From Alphaproteobacteria bacterium (GTDB lineage: Bacteria; Pseudomonadota; Alphaproteobacteria; MPNO01; UBA830), in contig OZ219790.1 of assembly GCA_964291215.2 (NCBI GenBank), positions 1,632,001 to 1,696,000 on the forward strand: 64,000 nucleotides of DNA, in the 5' to 3' direction. The notes beneath the pieces were generated by a model. The model saw only the letters and a list, made by a program, of their open reading frames with translations, searched no databases and was not told the origin of the DNA. Both the position numbers and the translations under genes were made by a program. This document shows, in pieces, positions 29,607 through 42,536 of the stretch (position 1 is its first letter; every line of letters begins with the position of its first letter).

Positions 29607-30733
29607 CATGGAGAAAGCGAATGGACCTGCGACACACTACGACGATCGGGACTGTTTTGGAACATCTGATCGCAAACGGAGCAACGGATCTGGGGCGGAT
29701 CTTTGGTCAGCTCTTCGAGCTTGCGATGCAAATCGAGCGCGAGCAGCACTTGAAAGCGGGCCACCGGACACCGGAGCGACAGGGCTATGCCAACGGCTAT
29801 AAGCCCAAACGGATCGACACCCCCACTGTTACCGTTCAGGTGCCAAAGACGGCCGGTCACGGGGACGACCCGTCCCCAGTCGCTTGAACGCGGCCAGCGA
29901 TCTTCTCGCGCCGTGGCCGTAGCTGAGATGTACATCAAGGGTGTTTCCACGAGGCAGGATGTAATGCGCGAGTTCGGGAGCCTGTCCTCTTCTCAGGTCA
30001 GCCGGGCCACCAGGTTGCTCGATGAAGAACTCGCCGCGCAACCGGCCCCTGATGAAATACCTGGATGCGCGCTATGAAAAAGCCCGCCATGACGGCGTTG
30101 TGCGCGATGTTGCAGTGCTCTCGGCCATCGGAATAGGGGCTGCAGGCACGTTCTGGGGCTCTCTGTGGCGCTCTCCGAGGCCGAGGTCCATTGGAAAGCC
30201 TTCCTGGAAAGCTTGCAAACCCTGCATGGTACGACCTTCATCGTCTCGGATGCCGGGTTGAAAGCGGCACGACGCGCGGTGCTGGGCGCGGCGATGTGGC
30301 AGCGCTGCCAGTTCCACCTGGCGCAAAACGCCGTGCACCGAACAACGGCATCAGGAAACGTATCGGAAAACAGCTCGGAGCCACGCCTCCTCACTCCAAA
30401 CCGCCGAGGCTGAACCGGGCACCCTCGTGGCCAGCTATCGCGACAAGCATCCAGGCTTCCTGGCTGGAAAACAATGCGGGGCTCGCTGTCTTCACCTTGC
30501 CCGATGCTCACCACAAGCGCATGCGAACCTCGAACGGCATCGAGCGACCGATCCGGCAAGAGCTCAAGCGGCGCACCTCCAAAGTCAGGGTCTTTCCGAA
30601 CCTCGCCTCGTTGGAGCGCTTCTCAACCGCGGTCCTCATCGACGAAAAATGGGAAACCGAAACCAAGGCATACATCAAATGGGAGCAGCTCGATCAGCTT
30701 CACGACAATTTCCAGACATCAGGTTGCGTAATC

Positions 30734-31364
30734 AAATTTGACACTGCAGGCCGATTCGTTTAGTGGTGGTAATCGAGAACGACGGGGACCGCCAGTGGGC
30801 TACTTTGGATCGAAGGCGACGAGCGGGCTGTGCCAGCTGCTTCCGGGGCTCCAGCCCCCGCATGATCTGTATGTGGAAATGCATCCGGGAGGTGGCGCGC
30901 TGATGAAGCGCAAGGCCGGGTGATGGCGACGGGCGGCGCGCGAGGAGTTCGAAGCGGCCAAGACCGCGGCGCTGCCGGCAAGGTGGCGGAAGAAGCCGTG
31001 ATCCGCGTCCTCGTCATCCTGCTCGACATCCTCATCGTCGTCCTTCTGGAGAAGACTACGCACGAGCCGGAACTCCGGTCTACCGCCGTCACAGACGGAC
31101 AAGAGCGTGCCGGGAGCAAGGGCCCGAAGCCGAACCGGCAGATGGGCGACAACCTGCGCAAGACCATCGTCGAGCGCCGCGTCGACGCCGAGATCAAGGA
31201 ATGCCCGAAGTGCAAGGGCCGGTTCCCCGACAACATCCCGTGCAGTACGGCGTCGGCATCCAGGCCCTCGTCATCAACCTGCTGGTCGCCCAAATGCTGT
31301 CCCTGCGCCGTCGCGCTCGTGCAGGCGATCTCCGGCATCAAGCTCTCCGAGGCAACCTGCCTCG
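30734..31364 (+). pseudogene. Continuation of the outer IS66: promoter, MTase remnant and transposase N-terminus
   Basis: Near-duplicate of 28131-28850 with additional deletions. Confidence 0.85.
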
Positions 31365-31543
31365 ACCACTCGCCTCCGCGCCCGATGGCACGGGCCTCCG
31401 TCGCCGCCCACAGGCGCCGCGCACGTTCGTTCAGAACCGGACGCAACACCACAAACTTGGATCGCAGCGTATCGACCATCGCTTCCATGACATCATCGAT
31501 GGCAGATCCACACCAAAAAATAACCTATTTTGGCGAGAGACCT
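31365..31543 (-). pseudogene. ISAzo13-family transposase N-terminal remnant and left end
   Basis: LRSKFVVLRPVLNERARRLWAATEARAIGRGG. Confidence 0.75.
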
Positions 31544-31544
31544 A

Positions 31545-31845
31545 AGCACGTCTGCGGGCGGGCGGACAGCGGTCTCGGTCAGTGGTTCGACCACGGCCTG
31601 CCCGCGGCCGCATCCGCTGCGGCGCCGGCAGAGGCGGAGGTGGGGCACGGGTTCGGCCTTGCCGGTCCGAGCCTCTGGCGGTGCTCACCCCCTGGGCCGG
31701 GCTGAGCCTGGCGGGCGCACGCTGCGGCTCGGCACCCGCTACCACATGGACGCGGGGCTTTCGCTCGGCCTCAAGGGCGCGCACCGGCCGGGTCCGGCTC
31801 CCGAAGACAGCCTCATGCTGCGCGGCGCGCTGCGCTGGTCGAACG
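31545..31845 (+). pseudogene. Autotransporter-like beta-barrel C-terminal remnant
   Basis: Frameshifted fragments EAEVGHGFGL, VLTPWAGLSL, LRLGTRY, terminal LMLRGALRW. Confidence 0.55.
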
Positions 31846-31953
31846 CCCGGAGATGGCGCGTCAGGTCTCCGACATGCAGTTTGGCATTTCATTGCTCTAC
31901 CCCGACATCAAGCCGGAACCAAGGGGTGAGCAGTTACTGCTGCACAGGCGTTT

Positions 31954-32760
31954 TCATGTCTGTCCAATAGTCGGCAACCAACTCGGGCGGAACGTGTCCT
32001 CGAACAGGCGCCAGACAATGTCCGGACGCTCGACATGGCAATTATGTCCTAGCCCGTCGAGGACGACAGCATCGAGATCCAGCACCCGCATATCGTCAAG
32101 CGTGCACATCCGGTCTTCGCCGCCGGCAGCAAGCCGTACGCGTGCGTCCGCCGCATGGTAGAAGGTGGCGAGCTCCGGTCCGGCGACGGCATTGACCACA
32201 TTGTCCGCGGCCAAGCGAAAACGCCCGTTCTCTTCCACGACGCCAGCCGTTGCCATGTGCGAATCCGGGGCGACCAGGCCGATCAGTCCCGAGACCTTGA
32301 GGTAACGGTCGATTGCCTGGTCGCGTTCGTCGAACCAGCACACCGGCCTGGCAGCCAGGTCCTTGAGCCTCGCAATCTCCTCTTCGGTCCAGCTGATCTT
32401 CACGCCGAAGGCCAGCGCACAATTCACGGTCACTCCGAACCAGCCGGTCGCCAGCGCCATCGCGACGGCACCACCCATCGAATGGCCGAGAATGACGATT
32501 TCCCGACCCTGCCCGCCGACGGTCGCCGCCACGTCCGCAGCATGGACCGCATAACCGTAGGGCGATGCATGACCGGAACGCCCGTGCCCCCTGAAGTCAG
32601 GCGCGATCCAGCGATGGGGCCAGGCTTCCCGAACAATGGGAATCAACGGATCCCACACCGAAGCGTTGGCACCGAGACCGTGCAGAAGCACCAGTGTCGG
32701 ATCACCGGATCCGCCCTCTTCGAACCACAGCGAACCCCCGTCGGCAGTCGTCGCATTCAT
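31954..32760 (-). CDS. Alpha/beta hydrolase
   Basis: LLHGLG, APDFRGHGRS, GHSMGG nucleophile elbow, GHNCHVE. Confidence 0.88.
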   Translation of the reverse strand: MNATTADGGSLWFEEGGSGDPTLVLLHGLGANASVWDPLIPIVREAWPHRWIAPDFRGHGRSGHASPYGYAVHAADVAATVGGQGREIVILGHSMGGAVAMALATGWFGVTVNCALAFGVKISWTEEEIARLKDLAARPVCWFDERDQAIDRYLKVSGLIGLVAPDSHMATAGVVEENGRFRLAADNVVNAVAGPELATFYHAADARVRLAAGGEDRMCTLDDMRVLDLDAVVLDGLGHNCHVERPDIVWRLFEDTFRPSWLPTIGQT

Positions 32761-32806
32761 TGCGGAATTTCCTCGCGAGCTGAAAGCCGGCCGCTGCCCC
32801 CAAGCT

Positions 32807-34366
32807 TCATTGCGCACCGGAGGAAAGTGCGTAACGCCCGTCTTCCAACCTTTCCAGACCGTGTGTCCTCCGGACGTCATCGAGCGCCGTCACGACCTCA
32901 CGGCCATCCCGGCTACAGGCCGCCTCCATGAGATCCCGGAAGGTCCGTGGGCCAAGCTGCAGTGCTTCCAGCACCGAGCACGGTGTTCCGGCCGCAATAG
33001 TCGGCGGTTCCGGCACCAGATAGTCGGTCTCCGGATTCCACCCGAAGGGGAAGGTTAGATCAAATCCCGCCTTGGCGCCGAGACGCGAACCATCAAGCGA
33101 CGGATCCAGCGGAACCGCACGATAACCGCTGGTCGGGATGAAATCCCTGTCGGCCTGAAAGCGGGTCGCCAGCGCCCAGTCCATCTGCTGATCGGAGAAA
33201 ATGTCGATGTCGGGATCGACCGCAAAGACATGCTTGACATCAGCCTTCGATCCGAGCACTGCAGAAATCGCGTTGCGCGCTTCGCCGGGATAGTTCTGCT
33301 CAATGCAGATGCGCGCATTGAACATCCCGCCGCACGACGGCGTGACATATACGCCACGCGGATTGCGCACCGCGGTCTCAAGGGCCTGCCACACTGCAGC
33401 TTCGGTGCGAAGCGCGCAAAGCTGAGCCGTATCGGTGCAGTCCAGATGCCGCCCGCCTATGGTCAGCGTCTGGAACAGCGCGTCGCGCCGCTTCGTGATC
33501 GCCGTCAGATGAAAGACCGGATTAATCTTCATGTGGCCGTAATAGCCGACATATTCGCCGTACGGCCCCTCGCCCTCGTGCCAGCCCTTCTCGTCCAGAT
33601 AGCCCTCCAGCACGAACTCCGCATCGGCAGGAACCCAGGCATTTATCGTCACGCATTTGACCAAGGGCACCGGGGCGCCACGCACCGAACCCATGACACC
33701 GAGTTCATCCTCGTGGACCGTCATGCTGGTGGCGGCAATGCCGTCGGCAGGATGGGATCCGACGACAAAGGCCATCGGCATGCGTGCGTCCTCCCGGACG
33801 AAGGGCGCATACATGCCCCGGAGATCGCTGGGCGCTACGAGGTCGATGCCCGCTTCCCTGCGTCCGCGAAGCATGATGCGGCGATATCCCACGTTACGTT
33901 TCGTTCCGTCGAGACTGCAGGTGATGTCGATGCCCGCCGAAATGTACGGAGCACCATCGAGTTCGTGCTGGAGATGAACCGGAAGGCGCGTGAAGTCCGC
34001 ATCTCCGCCCTCCCAGACCACCTCTTGGCAAGGCGCCTCAGCCGCGGTGACTTCCACCGGAGCAATGGACCCGCGCAGCCGTTCGATGACGGTCTGCTGA
34101 AGCTTGCCCGGTTCGACACCGAGCGCCATCGCAAGCCGTCGGCGCCCGCCCATGACATTGCCGACGATCTCGGCCTCTTCAGGGCCCACGGCCTCGAACA
34201 GCACAGCCTTGTCATTGCCGTCGAGGCGGGATGCCACATCGATGAGATCCGTACGGGCCCCGACCCGTTCCAGTTCTCCGGTCTCCTCGAGACGTTCGAC
34301 AAAACGCCGAAGCCGGAACGCATCCGGCCCGGATCCGGCAGACTCTGCGGCAGCCGCAGCGTTCAT
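32807..34366 (-). CDS. UbiD-family (prFMN-dependent) decarboxylase
   Basis: DFTRLPVH...DGAPYIS, VPADAEFVLEG, EGPYGEYVGYY, WALATRFQADRD. Confidence 0.9.
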   Translation of the reverse strand: MNAAAAAESAGSGPDAFRLRRFVERLEETGELERVGARTDLIDVASRLDGNDKAVLFEAVGPEEAEIVGNVMGGRRRLAMALGVEPGKLQQTVIERLRGSIAPVEVTAAEAPCQEVVWEGGDADFTRLPVHLQHELDGAPYISAGIDITCSLDGTKRNVGYRRIMLRGRREAGIDLVAPSDLRGMYAPFVREDARMPMAFVVGSHPADGIAATSMTVHEDELGVMGSVRGAPVPLVKCVTINAWVPADAEFVLEGYLDEKGWHEGEGPYGEYVGYYGHMKINPVFHLTAITKRRDALFQTLTIGGRHLDCTDTAQLCALRTEAAVWQALETAVRNPRGVYVTPSCGGMFNARICIEQNYPGEARNAISAVLGSKADVKHVFAVDPDIDIFSDQQMDWALATRFQADRDFIPTSGYRAVPLDPSLDGSRLGAKAGFDLTFPFGWNPETDYLVPEPPTIAAGTPCSVLEALQLGPRTFRDLMEAACSRDGREVVTALDDVRRTHGLERLEDGRYALSSGAQ

Positions 34367-34534
34367 CTGTACCTCCGTTCCGGCTGTGTCTCGAATCCGT
34401 CCACGTCGCAACAGCGCCGGATCAAATCCGGATCGCGGAACCCACCGCCCCGAGCCTCTCCGGTTGCCACAGGACCAAGCCTGCCGCCCTTATATCATAT
34501 GTGTCCGATGAGGTTGCCCCGGAGCCGCAGCCCC

Positions 34535-36152
34535 CAGGGCTGTTCTGTTGTCGTCCCAGCGATCGGCGCATGCTTATTTTGGTCCGGGCATTCCGTTTTC
34601 GCCGTGGCAGTGTGCCGGCGTGGCGACGCTTGCGACCCCGGATTCCCTCCTTCGCGAGGTGACGGTGCGCCCGTGGCGCACGTGAGCTCCGGGACCGTCT
34701 GGTGAAGGAGCATCACTAGCTGCGGTTTCACGGCATCAAGGGTCTGCGCCATGTCGCCCTGCACGGCGAGATCTGGGTGGTCGGCTGGCGGCGCTCAAGC
34801 TTGCTGCACCGCTGGATCGCTGCGGAACAGCAATTCCGGCGCCTGCACGCGAACAATTCCCGGTTCGTTGGGGGGATGCCGAACCTGGCGTGCCTTCGAC
34901 GGCTGGACATCGAGGCCGCGCGTTCCTCGCGGAGACGTTCGTCAAGCGCTTCGCCGGAACCTGCTATCGCGCGGCGAACTGGCGCTCGCTTGACGCTCGG
35001 TCGCGAGCGGCTCCGCGCGCTTCCGTCACCATGGCCAGGGGATCTTCATGTACGAACTGGGGCCGCCGGGACGCGATCCCGGAGAGCGCAGCACGACAGT
35101 GCCGGGCTTTGGCTGCGCAGCCTGTGCCTGGGCGAGGTGTGCCGCAAGCGCTATCCGCTGAGAACCATTCTCGCGGCTCGCCGGCTACCGCGGCGTGACC
35201 GCATTCGCCGCCCTCCAGGAACAGCTTGCGGCGGTGAACTCGTTCTTCAGCCCGAAGCGCTACACCGCACCCACACCTTCCACACCATCCTCGCTGACCT
35301 GCCGCCCGAGACCCTGCCCTGTAGACGGCCCGGCAGCAGACACGACGGCAAGGACATCCGCGGTGCCTCCAGCCGACGGCGGATGATGGGGTCGAGCACG
35401 GATGGTTCTCGGCCAGGCGAAGAGCAACGAGATCCCCCTCGCCAGCAGCATCAACGTCATCGGCCGCATCGTCACCATGGACGCGATGCACGCTCAGCAC
35501 GAGCGGCGGCTTCTCGAGCGCCGCATGTCGTCACGGCGATAAAAAATAACCAGAAGACCATGCTCGACGACCTCAAGGCCATCGACTTCGAGGGCTCGTT
35601 CGAAACCCTCGACAAGGGCGCATCGAGCGCCGCCGCCGTGGTCGACATCTCCGGCGCCGAGCGGGACCGCTGCGCTGCTCTCCACGGTCGCCGCCATCCG
35701 CATCAAGCGCGAGATCTGCAAGACCAAAGAGAGCAGTGTCGAGACCACCTGGTGCCTCACCTCGCTCGGCCCCGAACGCCCCGAGATGCTTCTGGCGCGC
35801 GGGTCATGGAAAATCGACTCCGCTAAGTACGCGATTTCACCTACGACGAAGACCGCTGCAGGGTGCGCCGCGCAACCTCTTGACAAACGCCGCCATCGTG
35901 CGCTGCGGCGGACACTTCATGCCCGAGGCCAACCGGCACTATGCCGCCCGCGCCCGGGACGCGCGCCATCCTCATCCCGTAGATAAACCTTCGCTCCTGA
36001 CCCCGCGCCACAAGCCGGGAACGCGCCGGCGCAACAGGACAGCTCTGCTCGAACACTCGAAAAAGCGTGCCCGTGAGCCCTGATGCACCAGCAGTGACCA
36101 CTGAAACCGGCCCACAGTGAACCCAAGGTGCCTCAACCATGCCAGGTCCCTG
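34535..36152 (+). mobile_element. ISAs1-family element with DUF4338 (DruA-like) N-terminal region, eroded; ends approximate
   Basis: NNSRF..PNLA, ETFV.RFAGTCYRAANW, then DGKDIRG, SNEIP, VTMDAMH, IKNNQ, DFTYDEDR. CAGGG...CCCTG ends. Confidence 0.75.
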
Positions 36153-36314
36153 TCACATCAGCAATCCACAGGCCCGACAAAAGAATGGTCCTGCCGCAGC
36201 CCCACCTTCGCCACCGCCGCCCGGCGCGCATCGACAACGGGCAACCGGTCGCAGCGATGACCTGCGGCACGGCACTTGCGTCTTCAGCCCGCACGAGACC
36301 GGCGGGCCTCGCTG

Positions 36315-40207
<3,893 letters not shown>

Positions 40208-40281
40208 GGCAGGCCGGGCCGGCGGACCGGACTACATGTCCATCGCCGGCGTCCGGGCGGGCCGCGCATCGTCGACCGGGA

Positions 40282-41121
40282 TCAGATCAACCGGTCCCAT
40301 ATTCGCCGGAATAGTCCCTTGTTATCGGCTTCGCGCCGGCCACTGCCGACCCCAGTGACAAGTGCATGGCTGTCGCGGTACCACTCGCTGCCCGGATAGT
40401 TGTGCCCGAGTACAGCGGCAACCTTGCTCGCCTCGTCGGTGATGCCGAGCGCGAGATAGGCTTCGACGAGCCGGTGCAGGGCCTCCGGTACGTGGGTCGT
40501 GGTCTGATAGAGATCGACGACACGGCGGAACCTGTTGATCGCAGCCGAATAGTGCCCGCGTCGGAGATAAAACCGGCCAACTTCCATTTCCCTGCCTGCC
40601 AGGTGACCGTGCGTCACGTCGATCTTGATCTTCGCGTCGCGGGCATAGGCTGTCTCGGGGAACCTGCGCACGACCTGCTGGAGCGATCCGAGGGCCTCTT
40701 CGGTCATGCTCTGGTCGCGGGCGGGATCGGACATGCGCTCGTAGTGGCAGAGCGCCCGCAAATAATAGGCATAGGCGAGGGCCTTGCGGTCTCCGGGATG
40801 CAGCTGGATATAGTGATCGAGCGCCGCAACCGCCTCGTCATACCGGTTGGCCTGATAGTTCGCATAGGCCGTCATGAGCTGGGCCCGGGTCGCCCATTGC
40901 GAGTAGGGGTGCTGGCGCTCTGTCTCCTCAAACAGTGTCACCGCATCCGGGTAATTCCCGCGCTCGAGAGAGTCCATTGCCTCGTTGTAGAGGGTCTCTA
41001 CCGGCCTCTCGACATATTCCTCTTCGGTGGATCCGCAGGCATGGAGTGCGGCGGCCAGCAGCAGTACTGCCGCCAAGCGCGTTGCCTGCACAACCAACAT
41101 TGCTGACCGTGAAGGCGGCAT
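40282..41121 (-). CDS. bamD: Outer membrane assembly lipoprotein BamD
   Basis: Lipobox LHAC, ERQHPYS, RDQ, LAGREMEVGRFY; between lpxC and recN. Confidence 0.93.
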   Translation of the reverse strand: MPPSRSAMLVVQATRLAAVLLLAAALHACGSTEEEYVERPVETLYNEAMDSLERGNYPDAVTLFEETERQHPYSQWATRAQLMTAYANYQANRYDEAVAALDHYIQLHPGDRKALAYAYYLRALCHYERMSDPARDQSMTEEALGSLQQVVRRFPETAYARDAKIKIDVTHGHLAGREMEVGRFYLRRGHYSAAINRFRRVVDLYQTTTHVPEALHRLVEAYLALGITDEASKVAAVLGHNYPGSEWYRDSHALVTGVGSGRREADNKGLFRRIWDRLI

Positions 41122-41227
41122 GAGGCTGATCCCGTCTGTTTCGCGAGACTGTCGGGCCGATCACCGAACCGACCTGTCCTGTATAACGAAACCGAAACCG
41201 TCTGTCAGCCCCGGCCTTCCGGGCGCG

Positions 41228-41419
41228 CACGGTGATCCCATGCTGATTCCGAGACGCGAAATCCGAGTGCGTTGGGGCTCGCGTCATCACAGATGGCCCC
41301 TTGATCGCAATTTTTCGCGCCGAGAAGGTCTCATTGAGCCTTGGCGGCACGATTGCAGCGCGACGCAGACCGAAAAATCTCGCCGATCGCCGCTGGATTA
41401 GCAGCGTGGGATCGTCGTG
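41228..41419 (-). repeat. MITE-like ~190-bp repeat, copy 2 (interior reversed)
   Basis: Interior is the reverse complement of copies 1 and 3. Confidence 0.85.
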
Positions 41420-41431
41420 TCCGGGTACCGG

Positions 41432-42322
41432 CTAGCCGATGGCCGCCTCACCCGGCGCCGAGGCATCGACCATTGCCCACGCCGTTTCATCCGTAAACAG
41501 GGTCCTGAGCAACTGGTTGTTGAGTTCGTGGCCGGACCGGTACGCCTGCACGGCACCGAGGAGCGGAGCGCCGGCCAGATACAGATCGCCGAAACAGTCG
41601 AGAATCTTGTGGCGGACGAATTCGTCCCGATAGCGAAGGCCGCCCTCGTTCAGGACTCCGTCGACGCCGACCACGACGGTGTTCTTCAGGGACCCGCCGC
41701 GCCCGTATCCACTTCGCAGCAGCTCGTCCACATCCTGCTCCATGCCGAAGGTCCGGGCCCGGGAGATCTCGGACCGGAAGCCGCCACCGGCGGGCTCGAA
41801 ACGGTAGCGCTGGCGGTCGATTGCCGTCGCGGCGAAAGCGATCTCGAAGTCGATGCTGAAACGCTCGGCAGGGACGATCGATACCGATCTGGTGTCGTCG
41901 CCGACGGATACCGGCTTGAGGATCTTGACCGTCCTGCGGGCTGCATCTTGTTCGACGATGCCGGCCTTCTCGATCAACGAGACGAAAGGCGCCGCGCTGC
42001 CGTCCATCGCCGGAATTTCGGGTCCATCGATCTCGACCACAATATTGTCGATTTCGCATCCCGCAAGGGCCGCCATCAGATGCTCGATGGTCCCCACAGT
42101 CGCGCCGCGATCGTTCGCGATCGTTGTCGCAAGGCGCGTGCTCGAGACGCCACGCCAGTCGGCAACGATTTCCCGTGCACCGTTCATCAGGTCGGTGCGC
42201 ACGACCCGAATACCGGAATTCGCGTCCGCCGCCTTCAGGGCGAGACCGATCTCGTGTCCCGAATGCAGCCCGACATCGCGGCATTCTATCGAGGTTCCGA
42301 TCGTCTTCTGTCTGACCACCAT
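41432..42322 (-). CDS. lpxC: UDP-3-O-acyl-GlcNAc deacetylase
   Basis: GLHSG, TIEHLMAAL, MDGSA, ARTFG, RHKILD. Confidence 0.96.
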   Translation of the reverse strand: MVVRQKTIGTSIECRDVGLHSGHEIGLALKAADANSGIRVVRTDLMNGAREIVADWRGVSSTRLATTIANDRGATVGTIEHLMAALAGCEIDNIVVEIDGPEIPAMDGSAAPFVSLIEKAGIVEQDAARRTVKILKPVSVGDDTRSVSIVPAERFSIDFEIAFAATAIDRQRYRFEPAGGGFRSEISRARTFGMEQDVDELLRSGYGRGGSLKNTVVVGVDGVLNEGGLRYRDEFVRHKILDCFGDLYLAGAPLLGAVQAYRSGHELNNQLLRTLFTDETAWAMVDASAPGEAAIG

Positions 42323-42536
42323 GCCGATCACGCTGTTTGCTAAATTATTGTGGTGACAGTCATAATTCAGCCACAATCGACATTTGGCAAATCAACAAAT
42401 ATTGCAGGAATATTACGCGCTTGCCGGATTCCTCCGCCACCCGCGGCGTAACTGAACACGGGCCGGCGGCGCCGGGACGCGCCGCCGCCTGCGACCACGA
42501 GAGGCGGCGGCGCGCGCGGTCCCGGAACCGCGGAGG

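Larger units (their letters stand above)
27991..30733 (+). mobile_element. IS256-family element (degenerate), interrupted upstream of its ORF by IS66
   Basis: Frameshifted fragments from 29621: GYANGYKPKRIDT, AEMYIKGVSTR, YLDARYEK, WQRCQFHL, RMRTSNGIER. Right end ...CATCAGGTTGCGTAATC; left boundary approximate. Confidence 0.8.
27563..31937. mobile_element. Cassette B: composite IS66-ended transposon (two inverted left ends) with 8-bp TSD
   Basis: TGCTGCAC|GTAACTGCTC at 27555-27572 and GAGCAGTTAC|TGCTGCAC at 31928-31945. Confidence 0.9.

Noticed and set aside
17801-31937. Recurring GTAACTGCTCACCCCCTGGTTCCGG... sequence as a CRISPR repeat or integron attC array
   Set aside because: Copies are irregularly spaced by hundreds to thousands of bases, occur in both orientations and have 8-bp TSDs. 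They are IS66 ends, and no cas or intI gene is present.
34700-35000. Druantia anti-phage system
   Set aside because: Only an eroded DUF4338-like fragment inside an IS, with no DruE helicase or other partners
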